A stretch of DNA of 64,000 nt, from contig JBHPIO010000002.1 in assembly GCA_042568575.1 (NCBI GenBank), forward strand, positions 65,447-129,446, given 5' to 3'. How positions within the stretch are numbered: position 1 is the first letter of the stretch; every line of letters begins with the position of its first letter. Source of the DNA: Patescibacteria group bacterium (GTDB taxonomy: Bacteria > Patescibacteriota > Gracilibacteria > UBA1369 > PNNO01). The notes under the pieces are model-generated. The model made no database searches and was not told where the DNA came from. It was given only the letters and a program-made list of their open reading frames with translations. The position numbers were made by a program, and so were the translations under genes. Below are positions 17,497 to 26,804 of this stretch, piece after piece.

Positions 17497-20099
17497 TTGG
17501 ATCCAAAGCTTTTTCTTTCAATTCTCACACCTTCCGGCAATGATCTTAAAAACAGGTTGCCGTAGCTTTTTGTAACGACACGTGAATCCATGACGATTAC
17601 TTTTCCGCTATCTCGTGAAGAACGGATTAATCTACCAAATCCTTGCTTGAAGCGCAAAATCGCTCTTGGGATTTGATATTCATTAAATTGGTTTTCATAA
17701 AGCGCAGAACGCCTTGAGTGAATTGGATCATCTGGTGGATCGAACGGTAGCTTCTGAATAATTACGCAATTCAAAGCCTCTCCTTTTATATCTACACCTT
17801 CCCAAAAACTGTTTGTCCCAAAAATAATTGAATGATCTGGATCTTGCTTAAAGAGTTCAATGATTTTCCCACGTCCACCTGAAACGTTTTGGCCGAGAAT
17901 AGTTATGCCTTGTTGTTTTAATATAGGGGCAAGTGTGAGATAAGTCGCTTCAATAGCTTTTTTGGCTGTAAACAGCACGAGCATTTTCCCACCATTCTCC
18001 TCGGCGGTTTTTCTAATAATTTCACAAGACTGATCAAAATAACCGGGAGTTGCTGGTGCTTTTAAGTTGTCGTAAACAACAACTTCCACTTGGTCCGGAT
18101 ATGAGAAGTGAGAATGCAAGATACATTCCTCAAAGTGTTCATCCAATGCGAGCTGACTCCTTATGTAAGCAAAAGAGCTATCAACAGTTAAAGTTGCCGA
18201 CGTCATTATTATGCTTTCCTTTTGAGAGAACAGGCCATCCTGCAAATGAGTTCCAACATTCACTGGAGTGGATTTGATTCCAACAGTATCATCATACTTT
18301 TTATATAGCCATGTGATGTTATCTTCATCTTGCTGCTCAAGAACAACAAAAGAAAGTGCATTTATAAGTTCGAGCATACTTGAACTTTCTTGCTGAATTC
18401 TGTCATCGTCTTCTTCATGCTCTGCTAGTTCTTTAAGGAGGGCGCGTCCTTGCAGCACCACGTTTTCTGCTGAGTCAGTAACTTTTTTCCATTCAAATTC
18501 CGCCTTGAAATTCTCATTCAACATTAAATTTTGGATACTATTCGCGTATTCAACATTCTTTTGAAAGAAGATTCCAAGAAGGCCAAACAGAATACTTATT
18601 TTATCTTTTAATGATTCAATTTTATCAACAACTTCGCTATATTTTTTTACAAGATCTCTAATTGTATTTAAAGGGTGGTCGAAAATATCAACAGCAAGAT
18701 TTATTGTGAGTGCCTTTGTGGCTTCGTTTTCAATATGATGTGCCTCATCAACAACAAGGTAATTATGCTCAGGAAGTACTGCATGATTCGACATAGCATC
18801 GCTTAATAAAAGAGCATGGTTCGTTATAATCAAATCAGATTCATTTGCTCTTTCTCGAGCGAGAGAAAGGAAGCACTTCGCGTTGTATCGAGCGTCATTA
18901 TGCGGGCATTTAATTCCATCGCAGCAAACATCGTTCCAGGCAAAATATTCACGACCTTGCAGAGAAAGCTCCTCTTTATCTCCAGTTTGAGTACGAGGAA
19001 GCCAAAGCAAAATTTTAATTAGCATTGTGATTTCGTGCTCCTGGAAAGAATTCTTCTGTTTATACTTATCCAGACGTTCACCAGAAAGGTAGTTCTTTCG
19101 TCCTTTTAGAACTGTTGCAGAAAACGGAGGTGGAGCGTTTTCATCTTTTTTCAAATATAGATTGATCGCTTTTTGAACTTTTGGAATGTCTTTATTAAAT
19201 AACTGATCCTGCAGGTTCTTTGTATGAGTTGAGATAACAACTTTCTCGTTATCGTAACGACTGCGGAATGCAGAAGCCATTAGATATGCAATAGACTTCC
19301 CAGTTCCAGTTCCAGCCTCGCAAAGCAAGTGATGACTATTTTTAAACGCATCAATTATTTTACTAGTCATTTCAGTTTGAGGTTCGCGGACTTCGTAATC
19401 TGTTTCACATTTACTTAGTGGGCCATCCTCTTTATACATAGAAAGAATTTCTTCTTTGTCGAATTTGAGCGTTTCTGTATCTGCAATGATTCGAGGAGTT
19501 CTTTTAGTTGGTTTAGCGTGCTCACTAGACTTATGCGTCAAAAACAAATCTTTAAGTGACCAATTTGATCTTTTAACAAGAACTTTTATTTCTTCAAGAA
19601 TGTCATGATCGATTTCGCTAATTTTCTTTGCAAGTTGTTGGAAAAGTATTGCTGAAGCAATCGCGTCATCGAGTGCTCTGTGTTTTGCCTTATGATCTAT
19701 TTCAAGTTTCTGTGTGATCATTTCAAGGCTATATGTTGGAAGTCCGGGTAGAAGCATCTGCGAAAGTGGAAGTGTATCGTATGTGATGTTCTCAAATACA
19801 ATTCCCTTAGCTCTTAGAAAACCAAGATCAAATTGTATGCTGTGTCCGACGATAGGATAATCACCAATGAAATCCATGAACTCTTCCTGGACGTCTTCTA
19901 TATTAGGTGCCCCTTCAAGATCCGCATCGGTGATACTTGTAATATGTGTGATTAGCGGTGGCAGCGGTTCGGACGCTTTTAAGAACGTTTGGTATTTCTT
20001 GAGAATTTTGTCGTTATCAAAAAGGGTTGCTCCCAGTTCAATGATCTCGTCACGTTCTGCAGACAGGCCTGTAGTTTCTATATCGAGTGCGATGTACAT
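17493..20099 (-). CDS. dinG: DinG family helicase with N-terminal DEDDh (DnaQ-like) exonuclease
   Basis: ALDIETTGL, HRALDDA; EAGTGTGKS, DEAHH, FWEGVD, QGFGRLIR. Confidence 0.93.
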   Translation of the reverse strand: MYIALDIETTGLSAERDEIIELGATLFDNDKILKKYQTFLKASEPLPPLITHITSITDADLEGAPNIEDVQEEFMDFIGDYPIVGHSIQFDLGFLRAKGIVFENITYDTLPLSQMLLPGLPTYSLEMITQKLEIDHKAKHRALDDAIASAILFQQLAKKISEIDHDILEEIKVLVKRSNWSLKDLFLTHKSSEHAKPTKRTPRIIADTETLKFDKEEILSMYKEDGPLSKCETDYEVREPQTEMTSKIIDAFKNSHHLLCEAGTGTGKSIAYLMASAFRSRYDNEKVVISTHTKNLQDQLFNKDIPKVQKAINLYLKKDENAPPPFSATVLKGRKNYLSGERLDKYKQKNSFQEHEITMLIKILLWLPRTQTGDKEELSLQGREYFAWNDVCCDGIKCPHNDARYNAKCFLSLARERANESDLIITNHALLLSDAMSNHAVLPEHNYLVVDEAHHIENEATKALTINLAVDIFDHPLNTIRDLVKKYSEVVDKIESLKDKISILFGLLGIFFQKNVEYANSIQNLMLNENFKAEFEWKKVTDSAENVVLQGRALLKELAEHEEDDDRIQQESSSMLELINALSFVVLEQQDEDNITWLYKKYDDTVGIKSTPVNVGTHLQDGLFSQKESIIMTSATLTVDSSFAYIRSQLALDEHFEECILHSHFSYPDQVEVVVYDNLKAPATPGYFDQSCEIIRKTAEENGGKMLVLFTAKKAIEATYLTLAPILKQQGITILGQNVSGGRGKIIELFKQDPDHSIIFGTNSFWEGVDIKGEALNCVIIQKLPFDPPDDPIHSRRSALYENQFNEYQIPRAILRFKQGFGRLIRSSRDSGKVIVMDSRVVTKSYGNLFLRSLPEGVRIERKSFGSN

Positions 20100-20209
20100 A
20101 GTGCGGTTTCTTTTATTCTTTTCGTTCGGGCGTTCATTATATCAGAAAGGTTGGGCTAGGTCGTTCAAAAAATTAGATAATATCCTACAAACATGTCCAC
20201 GCTAATATT

Positions 20210-20238
20210 TTGACAAAAAAATACAAATTTTATATAGT
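20210..20238 (+). promoter_or_regulatory. sigma70 promoter of the non-coding unit
   Basis: TTGACA-17 bp-TATAGT. Confidence 0.75.
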
Positions 20239-20244
20239 GTTTTG

Positions 20245-20676
20245 AAGCTTTAAAAAAGAAACAAAAAGTTCACGAAAAAAAACACCAAAAAAAAGTTTCA
20301 AAACAAAAAATAAAAAAGTTCTTTAAAAAAAAGTGTCATAGCTAGAGAACGATGGGGAGAAGAAATTCCTCATACGAGACGATTCGTCTCAGAGCACCCA
20401 ACCTTAATAAGTTTCTGCTCCTCTCATTCTTTAGCTCAGCGATGGAATAGTGAATGACTATCATTATCCCAACCCACACAGTTGCCTGGTGATATCCTTC
20501 GTACTTCGGTACACGCGATGTCACACCCACGGGCGGTCGATGGCTCGACTGGAAACTAATGCCAAAGCTGGGCTGTAAGTTGCACTCGTCATGTTTAAAA
20601 CAAAAACAAATCTTGGACTGCCTAACATAAAAAGTAGTTGATAAGATTTCAACCCCACCTCGGTGGGGTTTTTTTG
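20245..20676 (+). ncRNA. Unassigned structured ncRNA candidate (~430 nt)
   Basis: Bounded by promoter and intrinsic terminator; boxA-like GTTCTTTAAAA; many stems with G-U pairs and a cUUCGg tetraloop; no credible plus-strand ORF. Confidence 0.6.
20651..20676 (+). terminator. Rho-independent terminator
   Basis: aaccccac-ctcg-gtggggtt followed by a T run. Confidence 0.85.
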
Positions 20677-20829
20677 TGGACAAAAATAGGCATTCTAATT
20701 ATAGTGTGCCCTCGGATTTCTTGTTATATCCAGTTTTCCTGCTAAACTTAAAAAAGATTCAGTACTTAGTACTGAATAATAAATGGCTAGTGTTAGGCAA
20801 TTAGCAATTAGTACTAAGTACTCAATAAA

Positions 20830-21417
20830 ATGATAGACACCGAATGGCTTATCGTTGTTGTCGGATGGACAATTGTCCTTATGACGCTCTCAATTACGCA
20901 CTTAAAACTGTATAGAGTTGGTGGTGGGCTTTATTCTCTCGAAGATCAGAAAATCAAAACGGAGAAGTGGATTGTTCGTAGTGTAACTTTTGTTTATTTG
21001 ATTGCGGCTTTTGCGATTGCAAGTCAGGCGTTTTTCCCGGCTTTTGATGAAATGTTTGACGTTACCAGGTACTATTTCGTTATAGTCGGAGTGATACTTT
21101 TTGCCATGGCTTTGATCTTTTTTATAATGGCAAGAGTTGCACTTGGTAGCAATTGGTCGTGGAGTGGATATCTTCTGCGTGATCGTCATAAATTAATTAC
21201 AATAGGTCCATACGGATTTATTCGTCATCCTCTATATACAGCCTATATGGTTGCGGGTCTTGCTTCCGGGCTTATTCTCACAGATTCAAGAATCATAATT
21301 TTTGTTGTTTTGCTTTCGCCAATTATTTATTGGAAAGCGCTCATCGAAGAACAGCATCTCCGAATGATTTTTCCGGAGTACAAAGATTATGAAAAAAAGA
21401 CTCGAATGTTTCTTTAA
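20830..21417 (+). CDS. Isoprenylcysteine carboxyl methyltransferase (ICMT/PEMT) family membrane protein
   Basis: LGSNWS, HKLITIGPYGFIRHPLY, EEQHL..F.EY..Y. Confidence 0.9.
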   Translation: MIDTEWLIVVVGWTIVLMTLSITHLKLYRVGGGLYSLEDQKIKTEKWIVRSVTFVYLIAAFAIASQAFFPAFDEMFDVTRYYFVIVGVILFAMALIFFIMARVALGSNWSWSGYLLRDRHKLITIGPYGFIRHPLYTAYMVAGLASGLILTDSRIIIFVVLLSPIIYWKALIEEQHLRMIFPEYKDYEKKTRMFL

Positions 21418-21432
21418 GTACCCGGTACTCTC

Positions 21433-22503
21433 TTAGAGTTGCTTAATGAACTCATCGAACAAGTAGCCAGTGTCAGTTGGTCCTGGCGTTGCTTCAGGAT
21501 GGAACTGCACAGCTCCAAACGGCTTTGTCTTATGCTTTATCCCTTCAATCGTTTTATCATTTGCATTAACAAACCATGGCTTCCATCCAGCAGGGATATT
21601 CTTTTCACGAAGAGCGTATCCGTGATTTTGAGAAGTGATATAGCAGCGCTTAGTTTCAACATCAATACAAGGTTGATTTTGAGCGCGATGCCCATATTTT
21701 AGTTTGTAAGTTTTCGCTCCCGCAGCAAGTCCCATTACCTGCGCTCCCAAGCAAATTCCGAAAGTAGGAATATTTTTTTTCAAACATTCTTTTACTATCT
21801 CCTGTGTTTCTTTTACTGTCGTTGGATCGCCTGGCCCGTTTGATAAAAATACTCCATTAAATTTCAGCTTGTTAGCGAAAATGTCGTAATTCCACGGAAC
21901 TTTAATTACTGTAATATTCCGAGCAAGCAGGCTTCTAACTATATTATTTTTTGCACCGCAATCAATTAAAACGACTTTCTTTCGTCCACGCGTGTAAGTG
22001 ATTGGGCGTTTTATACTAACTTCCGAAACAAGGTTGTCCTTGTTAGGATCGCGTAATTTGAAATTGGATTTTTTGTCGAAAACAATCTTCCCGAGCATGG
22101 TTCCTTTTTCACGAAGCTTTTGAGTTAAAGCACGTGTGTCGATTCCTTGCAAAGCCGGAATATTGTATTCAGCAAGCCATTTTCCAAGAGTCTTTTTCAT
22201 GTTCCAGTGATTCGGTTTTTCCGCGTATTCAGTAACAATAATTCCTTTTAAGTGAATTGAATTACTTTCGAAATATTTCTTAATGTTGTCTTTGTCTTTA
22301 GCGTCGCTTGGCACTCCATAGTTTCCAATTAAAGGAAAAGTCATGGTAAGAATCTGACCTTTATACGAAGGATCGGTAAAACTTTCCGGATACCCCATCA
22401 TCCCTGTGTTAAAAACAACTTCGCCATTGCTCTGCGTTTTTGCTCCAAACGAATAACCCTCGAGAGTCGTTCCGTCTTCAAGAATAAGGTAGCCTTTGTT
22501 CAT
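21433..22503 (-). CDS. carA: Carbamoyl-phosphate synthase small subunit
   Basis: GEVVFNTGMMGYPESFTDPSY, LSNGPGDP, GICLG, QFHPEA. Confidence 0.97.
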   Translation of the reverse strand: MNKGYLILEDGTTLEGYSFGAKTQSNGEVVFNTGMMGYPESFTDPSYKGQILTMTFPLIGNYGVPSDAKDKDNIKKYFESNSIHLKGIIVTEYAEKPNHWNMKKTLGKWLAEYNIPALQGIDTRALTQKLREKGTMLGKIVFDKKSNFKLRDPNKDNLVSEVSIKRPITYTRGRKKVVLIDCGAKNNIVRSLLARNITVIKVPWNYDIFANKLKFNGVFLSNGPGDPTTVKETQEIVKECLKKNIPTFGICLGAQVMGLAAGAKTYKLKYGHRAQNQPCIDVETKRCYITSQNHGYALREKNIPAGWKPWFVNANDKTIEGIKHKTKPFGAVQFHPEATPGPTDTGYLFDEFIKQL

Positions 22504-22553
22504 CTACGTAAGTTAGTAAAAATTTTCTTTTTCGATTCTACCCTTTTTTCTTT

Positions 22554-23345
22554 CTAATTTCCAGTAATCTTCCTAAGTAAATTTCTAAGTCGATTAACTA
22601 TTTCACTTCCGACAGCCAGAAGTTCCGATCCAAAAGGGGCAACTATCATTTCGTTTAAATCGTCGTCATCAGATTCAGGATGGGCTGGTAATCTATATGC
22701 GTTTTCAGCTGCTCTTTCAGCAGCAGCTCTTATACGTCTATCTTCAACTTTTTCCTTATCAACAAGTTTTTCTAGAACTTCTGAAGTAATTGCTTCTAGA
22801 CGGCTAATTACAATAAGCGTTATGTTTAATATAAATTTCTCACGTGATTCTGTAGAAACAAGACTTTCGTCAAATTCAAATTCACTTTCTCTAATCATAG
22901 TCATTATTTCTTGAGTAGTTTCTGTCTCTACGTGGTTAATTATACTCAGAACATCATTCAATTTTATTCTTTCAGCATCAATCCCTTTCCTCTCTTCATC
23001 TGTGAAAACTTCTAATTTGATCAAAAGATGCAAAGCACCTAACGTTGCAATTATCTTATCTGCTTTTAACTTGTTTTCTTCTATGAATTTTGCTGCTTCG
23101 CCATTTGCCCCGTAATCTCTTTCGATATCAGTTTTCCATTTACGCCTATCTGTATGATTTTTATGATTATCATGAACCAAACGCAAATTGTCCCAATCAA
23201 TAAGAATTTCTACAAGTTCTAGCTTTTCTTTGCCACACTTATTTACATCAATATCTTCCAAGATAATATCAGTTGAACTTTCTTCAACTAAAGTTATTCT
23301 ATCTACAATCTCTGGTGGGATATCTGGGCGTTTTTTTTCTGTCAT
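22554..23345 (-). CDS. Acidic hypothetical protein
   Basis: Long ORF; ATG 23345 (MTEKKRPD) preferred as start. Confidence 0.65.
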   Translation of the reverse strand: MTEKKRPDIPPEIVDRITLVEESSTDIILEDIDVNKCGKEKLELVEILIDWDNLRLVHDNHKNHTDRRKWKTDIERDYGANGEAAKFIEENKLKADKIIATLGALHLLIKLEVFTDEERKGIDAERIKLNDVLSIINHVETETTQEIMTMIRESEFEFDESLVSTESREKFILNITLIVISRLEAITSEVLEKLVDKEKVEDRRIRAAAERAAENAYRLPAHPESDDDDLNEMIVAPFGSELLAVGSEIVNRLRNLLRKITGN

Positions 23346-23476
23346 TTGGTAAGTATTATTCACAGGAGTACTATTATACAAAGTTCTTGCAATTTGTAAA
23401 GGGTTTTAGTATAGTGTTGCAAGGCTTAAAAATATAGTACAATGAGGGTGACGAAAATATTCTCTGATTAAAGAAC

Positions 23477-24403
23477 ATGCCGCTGAACAAGAAACACATT
23501 TTAACTACGAAAAATCTCTCCAAAGAAGAGATAGATCTGATTTTACAAACAGCCGAAACGTTTGAGCCTTACGCGCAAAAGGAGAAGCAGGGCGATATGA
23601 TGAAAGGGAAGATTTTAGCTGCACTTTTTTATGAACCATCAACTCGAACCCGGCTTTCTTTTGAAACTGCAATGAGGAGAATGGGCGGAGATGTAGTGAG
23701 TGTTCCGGATATAAACATGTCTTCAATTATTAAGGGTGAAACTTTGTATGATACTGCGAAGGTGATTTCGAACTTCGCTGACATTGTTGCTTTTAGACAC
23801 AAAGAGGCTGGAAGCGCGGAAGAATTTGCAAAAGGATCAACAGTACCGGTTATAAATGCTGGTGATGGTCCAAATCAACATCCAAGTCAGGCACTTCTGG
23901 ATCTTTATACAATGAAAAAAGAAAAGGGAACTTTAGACGGGCTTACGATTTCAATGAGCGGAGATTTGAAATATGGAAGAACTGTCCATTCGCTCGCATA
24001 TCTACTTGCTCACTATGATGTGAAACTCAAATTTGTGGCACCAAAAGAACTCGCGATGACTGACGAAGTAAAGAATTTCCTATCAGAAAAAGGAGTTGAA
24101 TTTGAAGAAACTGAAAGTATTGAAGAAGGAATAGAAAGTAGTGACATCTTGTACCACACACGAATTCAGGAAGAACGATTCGAAGATAAATCTGAATATG
24201 AAAAGCTTAAGGGTATATACGTTTTAACTCGCGAATTAGTTGAGAGTAAGAATCCTGATCTAATAATCCTCCATCCATTGCCACGTGTTGATGAGATTGC
24301 GCCAGATGTTGATGACCTTAAAGGTGCGGCTTATTTCAGGCAAGTTCAGAATGGAGTGGCGGTGAGGATGGCGCTTATTTCGATGCTTGTGGAAAATTCG
24401 TAA
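23477..24403 (+). CDS. pyrB: Aspartate carbamoyltransferase
   Basis: FYEPSTRTRLSF, HPSQALLD, HPLPR. Confidence 0.97.
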   Translation: MPLNKKHILTTKNLSKEEIDLILQTAETFEPYAQKEKQGDMMKGKILAALFYEPSTRTRLSFETAMRRMGGDVVSVPDINMSSIIKGETLYDTAKVISNFADIVAFRHKEAGSAEEFAKGSTVPVINAGDGPNQHPSQALLDLYTMKKEKGTLDGLTISMSGDLKYGRTVHSLAYLLAHYDVKLKFVAPKELAMTDEVKNFLSEKGVEFEETESIEEGIESSDILYHTRIQEERFEDKSEYEKLKGIYVLTRELVESKNPDLIILHPLPRVDEIAPDVDDLKGAAYFRQVQNGVAVRMALISMLVENS

Positions 24404-24414
24404 CCCCCAAAGTT

Positions 24415-25731
24415 ATGAAAACTTTATTCAAAAACGCGCAAGTAGTAACCAAAGAAGGGATTTCTGTAAAGGACGTTTTAGTTCACGATCGTGTAATTGA
24501 AAAAATTGCAGACTCTATAGATGCAAAGGCAGACAAAGAATATGATTTGACTGGCAAGTATTTAATGCCAGGAGCGATAGATGCTCACGTTCATTTTCGC
24601 GTTCCAGGATATGAAAAGAAGGAAGATTGGAAAACAGGTTCTCGTGCGGCTTTGGCAGGTGGAGTCACAACAGTTTTTGACATGCCTAACACAAAGCCAC
24701 ATACAACCGATTTGCACGCGCTTGAAACGAAACGCGATTTGATTCGAAAAGATACATTGATAAATTTCGGTCTGTTTTTTGGGGCGAATCTGGACAACCT
24801 TGATGAGTTAAATAAGATTAAGGGTGTGGTTGGATTGAAGGTTTATATGGGAGCGACAACAGGTCAGATAATTCAGGAAGAAGATGCTCGAATTGAAGCG
24901 CTTTTGGAAAAGTTATACTCGGATCATCAGTATGTGGTGGCGGTGCATGCGGAAAATCAAACGATGATTAAAAAGCACACGGAAACTTATAAAGATGAGC
25001 ATGACCCGAAAGTACATTCATTAATAAGGAACGATGCAGTGGCTTATGCTGCGGCTCGCACAGCAGTTCATTTAGCAAAAAAATATAATGGTCGGTTGCA
25101 CATTTGTCACATGAGTACGAAAAAAGAGCTTGAGTTGATAGCAAAATATCCAGATGAAAATATTACCTGTGAAGCGACTCCTCACCATTTGTTTTTAACA
25201 GTTGCGGATTATGCGGATCAGGAAAATTTCGTAAAAGTAAATCCACCTTTACGATCTAGTAAAGATCAGGAGCGTTTGTGGGATGGAATTAAAGGAAAGC
25301 AGATTGATATAGTTGCGACAGATCACGCACCTCATTTGAGGGAAGAAAAAGCGCAAGATTATTGGGATGCACCTTCGGGAGTTCCTGGAGTGGAGACAAT
25401 GCTTCCTTTGTTATTGAACGCTGTGAATGAAGACATGCTGGAGCTTCCTGATGTTGTTGATTTGGTTTGTACAAGGCCTGCAGAGATTTATGGAGTTAAA
25501 GGAAAAGGTGAAGTTCGCGAGGGGTACGATGCGGATTTGGTTGTTGTTGATTTGGCTCTCGAACGTCGAGTTGAAGATTCTGCTTTGTATACCAAATGCG
25601 GGTGGTCGCCATTTTCAGGACGAATTTTGAAAGGATGGCCAGTTATGACGTTTGTAAGAGGGCGTCTTGGAATGGAGAACGGGAAGATTGTTGAGAGTGA
25701 TGGATTGCATGGGAAAGAGGTTGAGGTTTGA
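24415..25731 (+). CDS. pyrC: Dihydroorotase (type I)
   Basis: DAHVHFRVPG, DMPNT, KVNPPLR, TDHAPH; operon context. Confidence 0.93.
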   Translation: MKTLFKNAQVVTKEGISVKDVLVHDRVIEKIADSIDAKADKEYDLTGKYLMPGAIDAHVHFRVPGYEKKEDWKTGSRAALAGGVTTVFDMPNTKPHTTDLHALETKRDLIRKDTLINFGLFFGANLDNLDELNKIKGVVGLKVYMGATTGQIIQEEDARIEALLEKLYSDHQYVVAVHAENQTMIKKHTETYKDEHDPKVHSLIRNDAVAYAAARTAVHLAKKYNGRLHICHMSTKKELELIAKYPDENITCEATPHHLFLTVADYADQENFVKVNPPLRSSKDQERLWDGIKGKQIDIVATDHAPHLREEKAQDYWDAPSGVPGVETMLPLLLNAVNEDMLELPDVVDLVCTRPAEIYGVKGKGEVREGYDADLVVVDLALERRVEDSALYTKCGWSPFSGRILKGWPVMTFVRGRLGMENGKIVESDGLHGKEVEV

Positions 25732-25743
25732 TGCGATAATCGC

Positions 25744-25839
25744 CTCAAAAACGGCTTCGCTCGCTTATGCTCGCTGCAGGGTGTTTTGGGGGATAAATTT
25801 TTTATAAAGTTTTTAGATTCCTCCCGGGAGGAGCTTGAC
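25744..25839 (+). repeat. Bipartite dispersed repeat, intact copy (part A 25744-25787, part B 25796-25839)
   Basis: Part A matches the reverse complement of 37448-37490; part B matches 30307-30335 and the reverse complement of 36642-36679. Confidence 0.75.
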
Positions 25840-25966
25840 ATATCCACGCTTTCCGTGTTTTAATTCGCGCAGTTATGGCTTTTGCATTGCAGCCTTTTTT
25901 TGATGAAGCGCTAACGTGCCGGCCTTTGACAATTAGGGCTGGCGTAAAAGAAAGGGAGGTGATGAG

Positions 25967-26035
25967 ATGGTGGATAGCGACTTCTTTATTGGATTTTTTT
26001 TCATTCTCGCAGGACTCATGTTGGCGTTCTGCTAA
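25967..26035 (+). CDS. Microprotein 1 (22 aa, hydrophobic)
   Basis: GGAGGTG SD; MVDSDFFIGFFFILAGLMLAFC. Confidence 0.5.
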   Translation: MVDSDFFIGFFFILAGLMLAFC

Positions 26036-26048
26036 GGAGGAAAGTGCG

Positions 26049-26159
26049 ATGGCACATTGTAATCAACCGCAAGGAAAAAACGACGACATGGTCGGATGGA
26101 TCTGCGTTGCCTTGGCAGGCATTTTGCTTGTTGGGTGCGTAGTGTCGTTACTCAGCTGA
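26049..26159 (+). CDS. Microprotein 2 (36 aa, single TM)
   Basis: AAGGAGG SD; MAHCNQPQGKNDDMVGWICVALAGILLVGCVVSLLS. Confidence 0.6.
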   Translation: MAHCNQPQGKNDDMVGWICVALAGILLVGCVVSLLS

Positions 26160-26172
26160 GGAGGAAAGCTTG

Positions 26173-26361
26173 ATGGCGAAGAAACCCGAGTTCAAGAGAA
26201 CCTACATCATCGGGCCCGACGGGAAACCGAAGGAGCTCGTTCACCATCCGGGAGAAAAGGAGAGTCCAGAATTCGTTAAGGCTATTTTTGTTGTCGTTGC
26301 TATTTTTGCTTTGATGGCGGCACTTTTCTACCTGCTGGTTGAATTGGGAGTACGGATATGA
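26173..26361 (+). CDS. Microprotein 3 (62 aa, C-terminal TM)
   Basis: GAGGAGG SD; MAKKPEF...AIFVVVAIFALMAALFYLLV. Confidence 0.65.
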   Translation: MAKKPEFKRTYIIGPDGKPKELVHHPGEKESPEFVKAIFVVVAIFALMAALFYLLVELGVRI

Positions 26362-26519
26362 TTCACGAAAAACAACTGTACCCACCACCTGACGAGGATG
26401 ACAGTTGGCAAGAAATTCCACCGGGAGACATCAGCGTCAAATTCGGTGGAGGGCTCATCATCGCTGGATTCATCCTGATTCTGGCGAGCCTTGTAGGAGC
26501 GATGACATGCGTGAACTGA
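26358..26519 (+). CDS. Microprotein 4 (53 aa, C-terminal TM)
   Basis: ATGA overlap with the previous stop, GGGAG SD; MIHEKQLYPPPDEDDSWQEIPPGDISVKFGGGLIIAGFILILASLVGAMTCVN. Confidence 0.6.
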   Translation: MIHEKQLYPPPDEDDSWQEIPPGDISVKFGGGLIIAGFILILASLVGAMTCVN

Positions 26520-26650
26520 TTGAGAAACTGGGCGACAAAGCCGGTGGCATTGTAGGATTGATTGCTATCCTGATCATGATCTCCATCGTTTTCGGGGTTT
26601 TAAACTGGATTGGCTGGTATTCCGGCTATGCTCTGGAGGGCTGCAGATGA
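26507..26650 (+). CDS. Microprotein 5 (47 aa, single TM)
   Basis: AGGAG SD; MRELIEKLGDKAGGIVGLIAILIMISIVFGVLNWIGWYSGYALEGCR. Confidence 0.6.
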   Translation: MRELIEKLGDKAGGIVGLIAILIMISIVFGVLNWIGWYSGYALEGCR

Positions 26651-26796
26651 CACAAGAACAACAAACCGAACACACCGAAGAAAATCGTTGTACTCTCTCT
26701 GAGTATGCGAAGATAGCGGATATCATCATATTCGGTGCTGTGGTCGTGATAGGATCTCTTTACGGGGTCATCTATCTCATTTGCAAATACAGTTAG
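26647..26796 (+). CDS. Microprotein 6 (49 aa, C-terminal TM)
   Basis: GGAGG SD, ATGA overlap; MTQEQQTEHTEENRCTLSEYAKIADIIIFGAVVVIGSLYGVIYLICKYS. Confidence 0.6.
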   Translation: MTQEQQTEHTEENRCTLSEYAKIADIIIFGAVVVIGSLYGVIYLICKYS

Positions 26797-26804
26797 GAGG
26801 TTCC

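Noticed and set aside
20342-20683. 113-aa minus-strand ORF; also tmRNA, RNase P or SRP identity for this region
   Set aside because: The ORF starts inside the + strand terminator and has no protein-like features; the hallmark motifs of those RNAs were not found by eye.
25875-26650. Track ORFs 25875-26159, 26405-26650 (long starts) and antisense 26152-26421
   Set aside because: SD-led internal starts give a cleaner coupled series of microproteins.
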